Shown here: positions 1 to 9,826 of the stretch, in pieces
Layout of the letters: each line of letters begins with the position of its first letter
How positions within the stretch are numbered: the first letter of the stretch is position 1
Assembly: GCA_963835795.1 (NCBI GenBank)
Contig: CAWIHJ010000092.1
Location: 11,364 to 75,363 of the forward strand
Reading direction: 5' to 3'
Length of the DNA: 64,000 nucleotides
DNA from: an uncultured Gammaproteobacteria bacterium
GTDB lineage: Bacteria; Pseudomonadota; Gammaproteobacteria; GCA-001735895
Position numbers and translations under genes: made by a program
The notes under the pieces: model-generated
Databases searched by the model: none
The model's input: only the letters and a program-made list of their open reading frames with translations
What the model was told of the DNA's origin: nothing

Positions 1-171
1 GGATAAGGCATACTGGCGCGGGCTTTTGTAGAAACTGGCGAGAAACGGGTTGTCTTCTGCCTGTTCCAGCAGCAATTCGCTGTCGAGATCAAGGGCCAGC
101 TTCCTGGCCAGGCTGGTTTTGCCGACGCCGATCGGGCCCTCGATGACGATGTAGCGAAAGCTTTCAGCCAT
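1..171 (-). CDS. dgk: Deoxynucleoside kinase, 5' part only (runs off window)
   Basis: Manual translation from ATG at 171: MAESFRYIVIEGPIGVGKTSLARKLA... with P-loop GPIGVGKT; overlaps the folK stop, as in the usual pcnB-folK-dgk order. Confidence 0.85.
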   Translation of the reverse strand, partial: MAESFRYIVIEGPIGVGKTSLARKLALDLDSELLLEQAEDNPFLASFYKSPRQYALS

Positions 172-661
172 GGCAATCGGTGATTTTTTCCATCTTCAGC
201 GGCGGCGCCCGTTCGACCAGGTAAGCCAGGCTGCCGAAAACGGGAATGAAGCGATCGCCATCGATCTCCAGCATCGGTTCGAGGACGAAGCGGCGATTGA
301 TGAATTCAGGGTGTGGGATAACCAGGTGGCTGTCTTCAATCTGGCGCGTACCGAACAGGATGATGTCGAGATCGAGGGTGCGCGGCGCCCAGCGCTCCTC
401 TGCGTCGCGGCGGCGATAGTAGGCGTGCTCGATCGCCTGCAGTTCCAGCAACAGCGACAGCGGTTCAAGCTCCGTGTCGATCCGCGCCACTGCATTGATA
501 TAGTCATCCTGTGGTTTATCCCCAAGCGCCGCGCTGCGATACAGTGACGAACGCGCCGATAGCCGACAACCGCCGATTTTGCCCAGCATCGCAATGGCCT
601 GTTCGACGATGGTCGTCGAATCGCCGATATTGCTGCCGAGACCGATGTAAGACCGATTCAG
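164..661 (-). CDS. folK: 2-amino-4-hydroxy-6-hydroxymethyldihydropteridine diphosphokinase
   Basis: YIGLGSNIG N-terminal motif, RWAPRTLDLDII and IPHPEFINRRFVLEP HPPK motifs; start uncertain (CTG overlapping the pcnB TGA, or a nearby ATG with a 1-nt indel). Confidence 0.95.
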   Translation of the reverse strand: MNRSYIGLGSNIGDSTTIVEQAIAMLGKIGGCRLSARSSLYRSAALGDKPQDDYINAVARIDTELEPLSLLLELQAIEHAYYRRRDAEERWAPRTLDLDIILFGTRQIEDSHLVIPHPEFINRRFVLEPMLEIDGDRFIPVFGSLAYLVERAPPLKMEKITDCHG

Positions 662-2034
662 TCGGCATTGCGCTTGCGCCGTCGCCGGCGCGGCCGCCTT
701 GGCTTTTCGGCTTCCACCGGGACAACATCGGCATGTGTGGTTTGATAATCGGTCCACCACTGACACAGGTGGAAAGGTAACAGGCCAACCTTCGCCTGGA
801 TGCACATGAAATCGTAGGCGGCGCGAAACACCGGGAAGGCGAGCAGGCGTTCCGCCTGTTTGCCCTCGGTACGGTGAAAACGCGGCTGGGCGCTCCACAC
901 GTCCCTGGCCATCTGGCTGAATCGGCGCGGAATCGAGATGTGTCGAACCTGGCGTTTCATCACGGTTTCGCCTACCTGCGCGAGCGCCGGTATCATGCGT
1001 TTGCGGTCCGATTGTATCTGATTGGCCTGTTGCCACACCACCGGCCACAGGAGCACCGCGAAAATAAACGCCGGCGATACCGGTTGCCCGGTATTCACCC
1101 GGTTGTCGGTATTGACCAGTGCCAGGTCGATGAAATCGAGCATCAGTTCGGAAGGTTCGTCCTGCAGCCATTCGTCGAGCGCTGGCACCAGGTACTTCAG
1201 CAGCTTGAATTCACGTAGCAACTCGAACACGCGCTGTGCGCAACCGGAGTGAAACAGCTTGATGACTTCATCAAACATGCGCGCAGGTGGAATCACTGCC
1301 AACAGGCGTCCGCATTCTTGGATGGCTTGCGCCGCCCCGGTTTCGATATTGAAATCGAGTTTGGCGGCGAAACGCAGCGCGCGCAGCATGCGTACCGGGT
1401 CTTCCTGGTAGCGGGTGGTGGCATCGCCGATAAGGCGCAGCTGTCGATTTTTGATGTCCTGAAGGCCACCGGCATAGTCCAGCAGGCTGTAGTCGTGGAT
1501 ATCGTAGTACATGGCATTGATGGTGAAGTCGCGGCGAATCGCGTCTTCTTCGATATCGCCAAAAGTATTGTCGCGTAGAATGCGTCCGTGGGTATCGAGC
1601 TCGGTGCGCGGCGAATCCTCGGAATGGGCGCGAAAGGTCGCCACCTCGATGATGTCACGGCCAAAACGAATGTGCACCAGGCGAAAACGACGCCCGATAA
1701 TGCGGGAATTCTTGAATAGTGCGCGCAGTTGTTCGGGCGTGGCGTCGGTCGCCACGTCGAAATCCTTGGGTTGTACCCCAAGTAACAGGTCACGTACGCC
1801 CCCACCAACCAGACAGGCCCGATGGCCAGAATTCGATAATCGGTTCAACACTTTGAGCGCGGCTTCGGAAATCGATTTCCTGGAGATATTGTGCTGGCTT
1901 CTGGGGATGACGATTAACTGGTGAGAGTGTGCCTCTGGGTTATTCACACGGTTAGTAATCCTGGATAATGCCGCAATCATAACATCAGCTCTGACGGTGA
2001 GCACAGATAAATAGCGAGCGCAAAATTTCATCAC
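658..2034 (-). CDS. pcnB: Poly(A) polymerase I
   Basis: LVGGGVRDLLLG, KDFDVAT, IIGRRFRLVHI, RRDFTINA, EDPVRMLRA motifs and Arg-rich C-tail; true start may be further downstream. Confidence 0.96.
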   Translation of the reverse strand: MMKFCARYLSVLTVRADVMIAALSRITNRVNNPEAHSHQLIVIPRSQHNISRKSISEAALKVLNRLSNSGHRACLVGGGVRDLLLGVQPKDFDVATDATPEQLRALFKNSRIIGRRFRLVHIRFGRDIIEVATFRAHSEDSPRTELDTHGRILRDNTFGDIEEDAIRRDFTINAMYYDIHDYSLLDYAGGLQDIKNRQLRLIGDATTRYQEDPVRMLRALRFAAKLDFNIETGAAQAIQECGRLLAVIPPARMFDEVIKLFHSGCAQRVFELLREFKLLKYLVPALDEWLQDEPSELMLDFIDLALVNTDNRVNTGQPVSPAFIFAVLLWPVVWQQANQIQSDRKRMIPALAQVGETVMKRQVRHISIPRRFSQMARDVWSAQPRFHRTEGKQAERLLAFPVFRAAYDFMCIQAKVGLLPFHLCQWWTDYQTTHADVVPVEAEKPRRPRRRRRKRNAD

Positions 2035-2102
2035 AGGGTTACGGCGGATCTAGTGCGTAATATCGAGATACAAACCCCTCCAAATGTGAACGGAGAATCA
2101 AT

Positions 2103-2493
2103 ATGAAAATGGCTAATCAACGGGTTGCCTCTTATCTTGAGCGTTGGCATCGACTTCGACATTCGCCTGTTAGACGATGCGGTGCGGACCGCCAAACTCG
2201 CCGCCGAGGCGCTCGGCTGTGAGGTCGGGCAGATTGCCAATTCGTTGATATTCCGGGATATCAGCGAGCAGCGGGCGGTGTTAGGAAATTTTGGGGACAG
2301 TATACCTATTTCCTCAAGTTTACTGCCATTGGGTAGAGGCTCAATGAAATAGGTATACTGTCCCCAAAATTTCGATTTCGTGCGGCGCGAAACCGGTTTC
2401 GCCATTGGCACCCCGGAATCGGTATTCCGCGTGACTCCAGCGCAACTCGAGCAAATCACCGGCGGCACCTGGCACGACCTGGTCCTGGACTGA
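2103..2493 (+). pseudogene. YbaK/EbsC (aminoacyl-tRNA deacylase family) remnant
   Basis: Fragments RTAKLAAEALGCEVGQIANSLIFR ... FVRRETGFAIG / TPESVFRVTPAQLEQITGG; frameshift near 2140, hairpin cassette at 2285-2373, and the GVPP-GH segment is missing. Confidence 0.8.
2285..2373. repeat. Hairpin cassette copy 1: perfect 28-bp inverted repeat around a 33-nt spacer
   Basis: GAAATTTTGGGGACAGTATACCTATTTC (2285-2312) is the exact reverse complement of 2346-2373. Confidence 0.9.
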
Positions 2494-2498
2494 TGCTA

Positions 2499-4352
2499 TT
2501 AATTTTCGAGTTCCTCCCAGCGTTGATACAAGCTGGCAAGCTCGGTCTCGAGTGCCTGTAAGCGTTGTTGATCATCGCGAATCACCGACGCTTCCTGCAG
2601 GTAATAGTCGGCCTCGGCGAAGCCCAGTTGCAGCGCTTCGATGCTGGCTTCCAGCTTTTCAATCTTTGCCGGCAGGGTGCGTAATTCCGGGTGCTGAGAA
2701 CGTTGCTTTGGTGCCGCGGGGGCGGGTTTCGGCGAGCGGTTTACGGCGGTCTGTTCCTGTGTGTCGGCGCGCTGGCGTAGCCAGTCGCGATAGCCACCAA
2801 CGTATTCGTTGATGATTCCCGGACCTTCGAACACCAGCGTGCTGGTCACGGTATTGTCGATGAACTCACGATCGTGGCTGACCAGCAACAGGCTGCCAGT
2901 ATAATTCACCAGCATGTCTTCGAGCAGCTCCAGGGTTTCGATGTCGAGGTCATTGGTGGGTTCGTCCATCACCAGGAAATTGAACGAACGCGTGAACAGG
3001 CGCGCCAGCAACAGGCGATTGCGTTCGCCGCCCGACAACGCCTTGACCGGCATGTGGATGGTTTTCTCGTCGAACAGAAAGTCCTTCAGGTAACCCACCA
3101 CGTGGCGCGATCGGCCGTTGATAGTGACCTGGTCGCCGGCCGCGCCGAGATTCTCGCGAACTGATTTCTGTGGATCGAGCGCCTCGCGATGCTGGTCGAA
3201 GTAGGCGACCTCGAGGCGAGTACCGGTCTTGACCCAGCCGGACTGGGGCTTTAGTTGACCTAGCAGCAGTTGAATCAGTGTCGACTTGCCACTGCCGTTG
3301 GCGCCGAGGATACCGATCTTTTCTCCGCGCAGGATCTTGCAGCTGAAATTTTTCACGATCAGCCGATCGTCCCAGCCGAAGTTAAGGTCCTCGGCCTCGA
3401 TGACGATCTTGCCGGAGGCATCGGCCTTTTGCGCGTTTATCTTTGCGGTGCCGCTGCGTTCGCGCCGCTCGGAGCGTTCACGACGCATCTTTTCCAGCGC
3501 GCGCACGCGGCCTTCGTTGCGCGTGCGCCGGGCCTTGATGCCCTGGCGAACCCAGGTTTCTTCCTGGGCCAGTTTTTTATCGAACAGTGCGTTATGGCGT
3601 GCCTCGGTTTCGAGGTCGGCGGCTCGCGCTGTGAGGTATCGCTGGTAGTCACCGGGCCAACTGGACAGCTTGCCGCGATCCAGGTCGATGATGCGCGTCG
3701 CCAGGCGCTGCAGAAAGCTGCGATCGTGGGTGATGAACACCAGGCTGCCGTTGAATCCCAGCAACAGGTTTTCCAGCCACAGGATCGAGTCAATATCGAG
3801 GTGGTTGGTGGGCTCGTCGAGTAACAGCAAATCGGGCTCGGCGACCAGCGCCTGACCGAGTAGTACGCGTCGTTTCATGCCCCCGGACAGATCGCCGAAG
3901 CCTTGATCTGCGAGTAACCCGAGGCGTGAAATGGTGCTGGAGATCCGGGTTTCCAGGGTCCACGCAGCATTAGCTTCGATCTGATCCTGGTAGCGCTGCA
4001 TGCGATCCAGCGCCTTCGGATTAGTGGCGGCCTCGAGCGCGGCGTGATGCCATTCGGTAAACACCCCGGCAAGCTCGCCGATGCCCTTTGCAACGCAGTC
4101 GTAAACACTGCCGCTAAAGTCCTGCGGGACTTCCTGGCTGAGATCGGCGATGCGCAGTTCGGGCGCGTGGTTGATTTCGCCTTCATCGGCCTTGATGTGC
4201 CCGGCGATGATTTTCAACAGCGTCGATTTGCCGCTGCCATTACGACCGACCAGGCACACGCGTTCACCCGCTTCGAGCGTCAGGTCGACGGCGTCGAGTA
4301 AGGCGTGATCGCCGTAACTGTGGTGAAGATTTCGGGCCTGTAGCAGGGACAT
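2499..4352 (-). CDS. uup: ABC-F family ATPase Uup
   Basis: Two ABC domains (GRNGSGKST, LSGGMKRR, DEPTNHLD; GANGSGKST, LSGGERNR, DEPTNDLD), linker KARRTRNEGRVRAL, coiled-coil C-terminus. Confidence 0.93.
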   Translation of the reverse strand: MSLLQARNLHHSYGDHALLDAVDLTLEAGERVCLVGRNGSGKSTLLKIIAGHIKADEGEINHAPELRIADLSQEVPQDFSGSVYDCVAKGIGELAGVFTEWHHAALEAATNPKALDRMQRYQDQIEANAAWTLETRISSTISRLGLLADQGFGDLSGGMKRRVLLGQALVAEPDLLLLDEPTNHLDIDSILWLENLLLGFNGSLVFITHDRSFLQRLATRIIDLDRGKLSSWPGDYQRYLTARAADLETEARHNALFDKKLAQEETWVRQGIKARRTRNEGRVRALEKMRRERSERRERSGTAKINAQKADASGKIVIEAEDLNFGWDDRLIVKNFSCKILRGEKIGILGANGSGKSTLIQLLLGQLKPQSGWVKTGTRLEVAYFDQHREALDPQKSVRENLGAAGDQVTINGRSRHVVGYLKDFLFDEKTIHMPVKALSGGERNRLLLARLFTRSFNFLVMDEPTNDLDIETLELLEDMLVNYTGSLLLVSHDREFIDNTVTSTLVFEGPGIINEYVGGYRDWLRQRADTQEQTAVNRSPKPAPAAPKQRSQHPELRTLPAKIEKLEASIEALQLGFAEADYYLQEASVIRDDQQRLQALETELASLYQRWEELEN

Positions 4353-4438
4353 CTTTATGGGGCCATCTTTATGGGGTTGGCGAAACTGCGCTATTATGCG
4401 GCTTTCACGGGTTATTGAAAGCTGATTCGAGGGAAGCT

Positions 4439-5086
4439 ATGTGTGGACGATTCTTTCTTGATACGCCCGCGGGCGATATCATGGAGCACTATAATGCGCC
4501 GCCGCCCGACCTGTTTAGCGCGCGTTACAACATCGCGCCCACTACGCCGGTGCTGGGCTTTAGCGAAGGCAAGTTCGACCTGTACCGCTGGGGCCTGATT
4601 CCAGCCTGGGCAAAAGATATCAGCATGGGGAACCGCATGTTCAATGCGCGCGCCGAAACCGTTGCCGAAAAGCCCTCGTTTCGCAATGCCTACAAACGCC
4701 GCCGCTGTCTGATACCGGCCAGCGGATTTTTCGAATGGCGACTCGAAAATGGACGCAAGCAACCCTATTGCTGCCATATCGATCACCGGCTGTTTTCGAT
4801 GGCGGGTATCTGGGAACACTGGCAGGATGCCGAGGGCAATGAGCTGCAGTCCTGCGCGCTACTGACTACCGAGGCGAAGGGGAAAATGCAGGAATTGCAT
4901 CAGCGCATGCCGGTGTACATTGCGCCCGAGGACTATGATGTCTGGCTGGATTGTCGTGCCGACAAGACCGACGCGGCGGATCGACTGCTGCTGCAGACTT
5001 CGCCGAACTACGATTTCTATGCCGTCGGTAGCGCGGTTGGCAACTCGCGCAATGAAGGTCCAGAGCTGATCGAACCGCTAGCCTGA
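4439..5086 (+). CDS. SOS response-associated peptidase (SRAP/HMCES/YedK family)
   Basis: Starts MCGRF (catalytic Cys2); RYNIAPT, NARAET, GFFEW, HQRMPV motifs. Confidence 0.93.
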   Translation: MCGRFFLDTPAGDIMEHYNAPPPDLFSARYNIAPTTPVLGFSEGKFDLYRWGLIPAWAKDISMGNRMFNARAETVAEKPSFRNAYKRRRCLIPASGFFEWRLENGRKQPYCCHIDHRLFSMAGIWEHWQDAEGNELQSCALLTTEAKGKMQELHQRMPVYIAPEDYDVWLDCRADKTDAADRLLLQTSPNYDFYAVGSAVGNSRNEGPELIEPLA

Positions 5087-5123
5087 GCGCACCGCCACCA
5101 CGCTCGGGATGACGACAAACAGG

Positions 5124-5420
5124 CTAACTCGCGTTGCCGCCGTTCTTGACCAATTCAGCGAGGCGCGTGTCGTCGAATTCCTGTTCGAATTTGGCGGCGG
5201 CTGCGTCGGCGGCGGCCTGCAGGTCGCGTCCACAATTGACCACTTCGCGGCGCCACTGTTCGAGGTAGGCGTCGGTGCCGGCCATCTTGGCGCGCATTGC
5301 GGCCTTGTCGATCGCTTTCTCGAAACGCTCGCTGAGAACTATCTTGGCGGTTTCGCGGCGTTCCTTGGCGATTACCTGGGCAGGAATGTCGCGCCAGTAA
5401 ACGGTGGTGAGTTTGGCCAT
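5124..5420 (-). CDS. 'Virulence factor' family small protein (function unknown)
   Basis: YWRDIPAQV...RFEKAIDKAAMR...DAYLEQWRR signature. Confidence 0.8.
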   Translation of the reverse strand: MAKLTTVYWRDIPAQVIAKERRETAKIVLSERFEKAIDKAAMRAKMAGTDAYLEQWRREVVNCGRDLQAAADAAAAKFEQEFDDTRLAELVKNGGNAS

Positions 5421-5597
5421 CTGTCAGGTCTCGATTGAAAGTAATTAAATTTGCAGGGGGCGAGTATAAAGACCAGACAGGTGCAAATCCAGCATCAAGT
5501 TTATCGATCGGTCGCCGTGAAAAATATTGTTTACCTGGTTTGAATGCTGCGCGTAGAATGCCGCGCAGTATAACCAATACTTCGGCAGGAGAACGCT

Positions 5598-6560
5598 ATG
5601 TTGAAAGTAGGATTCATCGGGCTCGGTAATGTTGGCGGCAAGTTGGCCGGCAGCTTGTTGCGCAATGGTGTCGATCTGACGGTTCGTGATTTGAACGCCG
5701 ATATCGCCCAGCCGTTTCTCGACGGCGGCGCCAAATGGGCCGATAGCCCGCGCGAAATGGCCGAGCGGGTTGATGTGCTGATTACCTGTCTGCCAAGCCC
5801 GGCGGCAAGTGCCGCGGTAATGGAAGCCGCAGATGGTGCGCTGGCAGGTCTCGGCGCCGGCAAGATCTGGGCAGAAATGAGTACCACCGACAAGGACGAA
5901 GTCCTGCGCCTGGGCGAAAAGGTCAGGGCGGTCGGCGCCGAACCGGTGGATTGCCCGGTATCGGGTGGTTGCCATCGGGCCGCGACGGGCAACATCGCCA
6001 TTTTTGCCGGTTGCGAGCGCGCCACCTTCGAAACCATGTTGCCGCTGCTCACTACCATGGGCCGGCGCATCCTGCATACCGGCGAGCTGGGTTCGGCCTC
6101 GGTGCTCAAAGTGGTCACCAACTACCTGGCGACGGCTAACCTGTTGAGCGTTTGCGAAGCGCTGGTGACGTCAAAAATTGCCGGCATGGATCTGAATACG
6201 ACCTACGAGGCGATTCGCATTTCGTCGGGCAACTCTTTCGTGCACGAGACTGAGAGCCAGGTGATTCTGAACGGTAGCCGTGATATCAGCTTCACCATGG
6301 ACCTGGTGTGCAAGGACATTGGCCTGTTCAACGACGTGGCCAAACGCGCTGGTCTCGAACTGGAACTGGGCTCGATGTTTGAGCGTATTTTCAAGGAAGG
6401 CCAGGCGAAGTATGGACCGCGAGAGCTGTCGCCAAATATCATCCGCCGGCTTGAAGAAAAGACCGGCGTGCAAGTTCTGGCGCCCGGATTTCCGCCCGAA
6501 ATGGTCGACGATGAGCCCGAAGAACCGGGTTACGAAGTCAAGGTCAAGGGCCGCGACTAA
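5598..6560 (+). CDS. NAD(P)-dependent oxidoreductase, 3-hydroxyisobutyrate dehydrogenase family
   Basis: GFIGLGNVG Rossmann motif, VDCPVSGG, VLKVVTNYL; AGGAG ribosome-binding site upstream. Confidence 0.88.
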   Translation: MLKVGFIGLGNVGGKLAGSLLRNGVDLTVRDLNADIAQPFLDGGAKWADSPREMAERVDVLITCLPSPAASAAVMEAADGALAGLGAGKIWAEMSTTDKDEVLRLGEKVRAVGAEPVDCPVSGGCHRAATGNIAIFAGCERATFETMLPLLTTMGRRILHTGELGSASVLKVVTNYLATANLLSVCEALVTSKIAGMDLNTTYEAIRISSGNSFVHETESQVILNGSRDISFTMDLVCKDIGLFNDVAKRAGLELELGSMFERIFKEGQAKYGPRELSPNIIRRLEEKTGVQVLAPGFPPEMVDDEPEEPGYEVKVKGRD

Positions 6561-6639
6561 TCTTTCCAATCATGTCATCCCGATACGCCGGACCATCGAA
6601 AAGCAGGAACCTTATAAAGCCGCTGCCCTCTCCAGTCAC

Positions 6640-6663
6640 GTCATCCCCGCGAAGGCGGGGATC
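6640..6663. repeat. REP-like palindrome GTCATCCCCGCGAAGGCGGGGATC
   Basis: Stem CCCCGC/GCGGGG with a GTCAT head; partial GTCATCCCG heads also at 6574 and (reversed) at 5105-5113. Confidence 0.6.
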
Positions 6664-6731
6664 TTGCAATAGTAGTGTTGTGTTAAGTTCCCTGCTTGTG
6701 CCTGTCCGCGACATTTGGGAATGGCTTCGAT

Positions 6732-6803
6732 GGGGACAGTATACTTATTTCGCCAGATTTTATGGCTTGTCTGATAGCCTGAGGAAATAAGTATACTGTC
6801 CCC
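6732..6803. repeat. Hairpin cassette copy 2: perfect 20-bp inverted repeat around a 32-nt spacer
   Basis: GGGGACAGTATACTTATTTC (6732-6751) / GAAATAAGTATACTGTCCCC (6784-6803); same family as 2285-2373. Confidence 0.9.
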
Positions 6804-6827
6804 GAAATGTGCAGTCCCCGGATTGTA

Positions 6828-8507
6828 CTAGCTTTCGGGATCGATCAACTTCATGCCGCGGCAACAGCAGGACGATTTGATTTCGATGTCGGATTGACGC
6901 ACCAGTTCATCGATGGCTGGCTTGACGGCGGCGGCTTCGTCTACGCGTCCGAGGCGTGTCAGGCATTCGTGATAGCCGTGTAGCGCCCAGATGTTGCCGG
7001 GATGTTGCGCGCAGCGGGGCAGGCGGTTGCCGATGCCGAGATCGTCTTCGTAGTGAATGATTGCTTCGTTGACCCGATCCTGTTCCAGCAGCAGCGCGCC
7101 CAGCGCGTGACGCGGCGGGTGCATCCATGGCCAGGGTTCCGAGTACTCGAGCTGATCGCATAGCACGCAGGCTTCGCGCAGGTAGTGAAAGCCGAGTTCA
7201 TGATTGCCGGCGTGATATTCGACTTCGCCGTTCATCATCGCCTTCGCGACCGCGAGGATGTCGCGACTCGGGTTGTTGGCCATGATGTGCCATTCGGGCA
7301 TCTCGCGGTACCGCCGGTAAAATTCCTGCTGGTGGCGGTGTGCGGATTCCAGGTCACCCAGCGCCGCGTGGGCAATCGCCTTGGCGTAGACCAGTAGTAT
7401 GGTCGTGATTGGCACCGAATCGGGATCGTCGGGCATGTCTTCGTCGCAAATCTGTTGCCAGCAACCAAAGCGCACCAGCACGTGCGCACGCCCGGCGTAG
7501 TAGCCCTCCAGGGTCGAGGCCAGGTAGCGTTTGTCGCACAGCCGGCGCTTGTCGCGCACGAGTTCGCAGATGGCATCGGCGCTGCGCAGCGCTTCGCCAT
7601 ACTGACCGAGAAACATCGATGCCCAGATATTGAAGTCGTGGTTGTGTACCACCGAGATCATGTAAAACTCGTCGCTGCCACGCAACGCGACGTACTCGGC
7701 GTCGACCCTGTTCGCACGGCGATTGGCGTCCGCCGCTTTTTGCCAGTCGCCGCAGAGACTGTCGATGTGGCTGGCCATGTGCACCAGGTGACCGCAGTCG
7801 AGGCGCAGGTCACGCAGCTGATTGGCGCAGGGCAGCGCTTTTTCCGGGGTCGGTGACATTTCGTAGACGTGGATATAGAAGTGTAACAGCCCCGGATGCG
7901 GGTCGCATTGCCAGTTGTTCGACCCGTTGTAACCCGTGTTCGAGGATCGCAATGGCTTCAGTGGTGCAGGCGTCCCTGGCAGGCAGTCCATACTCGATGT
8001 CCCACAGTTTCCACGGTGTCAGGTTCATCACCGCTTCGGCCGCGAGGCAGGTTACATCGAGATCATCGCCAAAATCGGCGTAGGCGTTGCGCATCGCCTG
8101 CGCATAGTCCTGGTTCCAGCTTTCCAGCTCGACCTTGCCCGTGGCGAAAGATGCTGGATGCCTGGCGCAAATCGCCTCGATCAGGGCCGCTCCACCGGCG
8201 AGGCCTGAGCAATGAGTGCCGCCGCCTGCTGTGCATACTCGTGGCAAAGCTGGGTGGTTGCCTCGCGTTCCAGTTCACCGTAGGAGTCCCAGGGCTTGTT
8301 GTAGAAAGGTCCGCTGGCATAGGCTACTCCCCAGTAAGCCATGGCGCATTCGGGATCGATTTCGATGGCTTTCAGGAAGCAGCGCACGCCTTCTTCCTGG
8401 TTGAAGCCGTAACACCAGATCAGGCCGCGATTGATCCAGGTCACCGCTTCGTCGCTGGCGCTGGTCACCTTACGGCGGTATTCGCCGAGATCGAAATATT
8501 TGCTCAT
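6828..8507 (-). CDS. Tetratricopeptide-repeat-like protein (2 frameshifts)
   Basis: Three overlapping ORFs (8181-8507, 7810-8247, 6828-7991) join into one helical-repeat protein: YFDLGEYRRKV..GLIWCYGFNQEE; HLVHMASHID; EPWPWMHPPRHALGALL; HPGNIWALHG. Confidence 0.8.
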
Positions 8508-8673
8508 GTACTGCCCTTAAAAATAACCACAGCGATTATATTGATTTAGCAGAACGGTGAAAGTGATTCCGTTCCCACTCCTGTTGCTTTTTATCAACGC
8601 GCGGCCGGTTGCGGTTGCCGATCAGGAATACAGGTGACATTATCTCCGGCAACAATAGTGAGAATCTAAGACA

Positions 8674-9803
8674 ATGACCCTGGACTACCTGACCCGACTC
8701 GATCCGGCACGTTTTGACCTGGCGGGGCAAGCAACCATGAAAGCGGTGGTCACCACTCGGCAACGGCGATTACGACCAGCTCGACGTATCGCGACGTGCC
8801 GATTCCGGTGCCGGGTGCCGGCGAAGTGCTGTTGAAGGTACTGGCGGCCGGCGTCAACAATACTGAGATCAATACGCGCCTCGGCTGGTACTCGGCCTCG
8901 GTCGATAGCGGCACCGAACAGTTGTCCTCAAGCGATCGCGATGCCGAGCAACCGGCAGACGGGGGCTGGAACTCGGCTACACCCTTCCCGTTTATCCAGG
9001 GCACCGATTGTTGCGGCGAGGTGGTCGTCTGTGGCGACGATGTCAGCGCATTGCCGATCGGCGCGCGCGTGCTGGTGCGCGCCTGCATGCGCCTGCAGGG
9101 TTACGACTCGCTGGAAAATATCTGGATGGCATCGGATTTCGATGGCGCCTTCGCCCAGTATGTGAAAGTACCGGCCAGTGAAGTATTCGTGATCGACTGC
9201 GACTGGAGCGATGTCGAGCTGGGGACCATTCCCTGTGCCTATGGCACCGCCGAGAACATGGTGCATCGTGCGGCGATCGGTGCCGCCGATCGGGTACTGG
9301 TAACCGGGGCCTCGGGCGGCGTCGGTTCGGCTGCGGTACAGCTGGCAAAGCGCCGCGGGGCGTCGGTGATCGCCGTTGCCGGGCAATCGAAACGGGATGC
9401 CGTGGCTAGCCTCGGGGTCGATCGTGTAATCGCGCGTGATGCTAACCTGCTCACCGAACTGGGTGAGTCGAGTGTGGATGTGATCATCGATAACGTCGCC
9501 GGCGATGGTTTCACGCCGTTGCTTAAATTGCTCAGTCGGGGCGGGCGCTATGCGTCGTCGGGTGCAATAGCCGGACCCATGGTCAGCATGGATATGCGCG
9601 ATTTCTACCTCAAGGATTTACTACTGATCGGCTGTACGTCCTGGGATGAACCGGTGTTTCCGAACCTGGTGGGATACATCGAGCGCAACGAAATCAAACC
9701 CCTGGTGGCGAAGACTTTTGCGCTGCAGGACATCGCGCTCGCGCAGCAGGAATTCCTCAAAAAACAGCATTTCGGTAACTTTGTTCTGATCCCGCCGCAA
9801 TAG
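8674..9803 (+). CDS. MDR-family (alcohol dehydrogenase / quinone oxidoreductase-like) protein, N-terminal frameshifts
   Basis: MKAVVTT..GNGDYDQL..RDVPIPVPGAGEVLLKVLAAGVNNTE, QGTDCCG, VTGASGGVGSAAVQLAK, KQHFGNFVLIP. Confidence 0.85.
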
Positions 9804-9826
9804 ACGGCATTCCGATAAGTTGGACC

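Noticed and set aside
659-661. CTG start codon for folK as a regulatory novelty
   Set aside because: An ATG 9 bp upstream with a single extra T explains it equally well, given the indel rate in this sequence.
164-1171. 335-aa ORF as a long folK fusion
   Set aside because: The N-terminal ~170 aa are an alternative frame inside pcnB; only 164-661 resembles HPPK.
5124-5420. Pathogenicity role for the 'virulence factor' gene
   Set aside because: The family name is historical; nothing in the context suggests virulence.
2285-6803. CRISPR interpretation of the 32-33 nt spacer cassettes
   Set aside because: The arms are inverted rather than direct repeats, the copies are 4.4 kb apart, and no cas gene is in the window.
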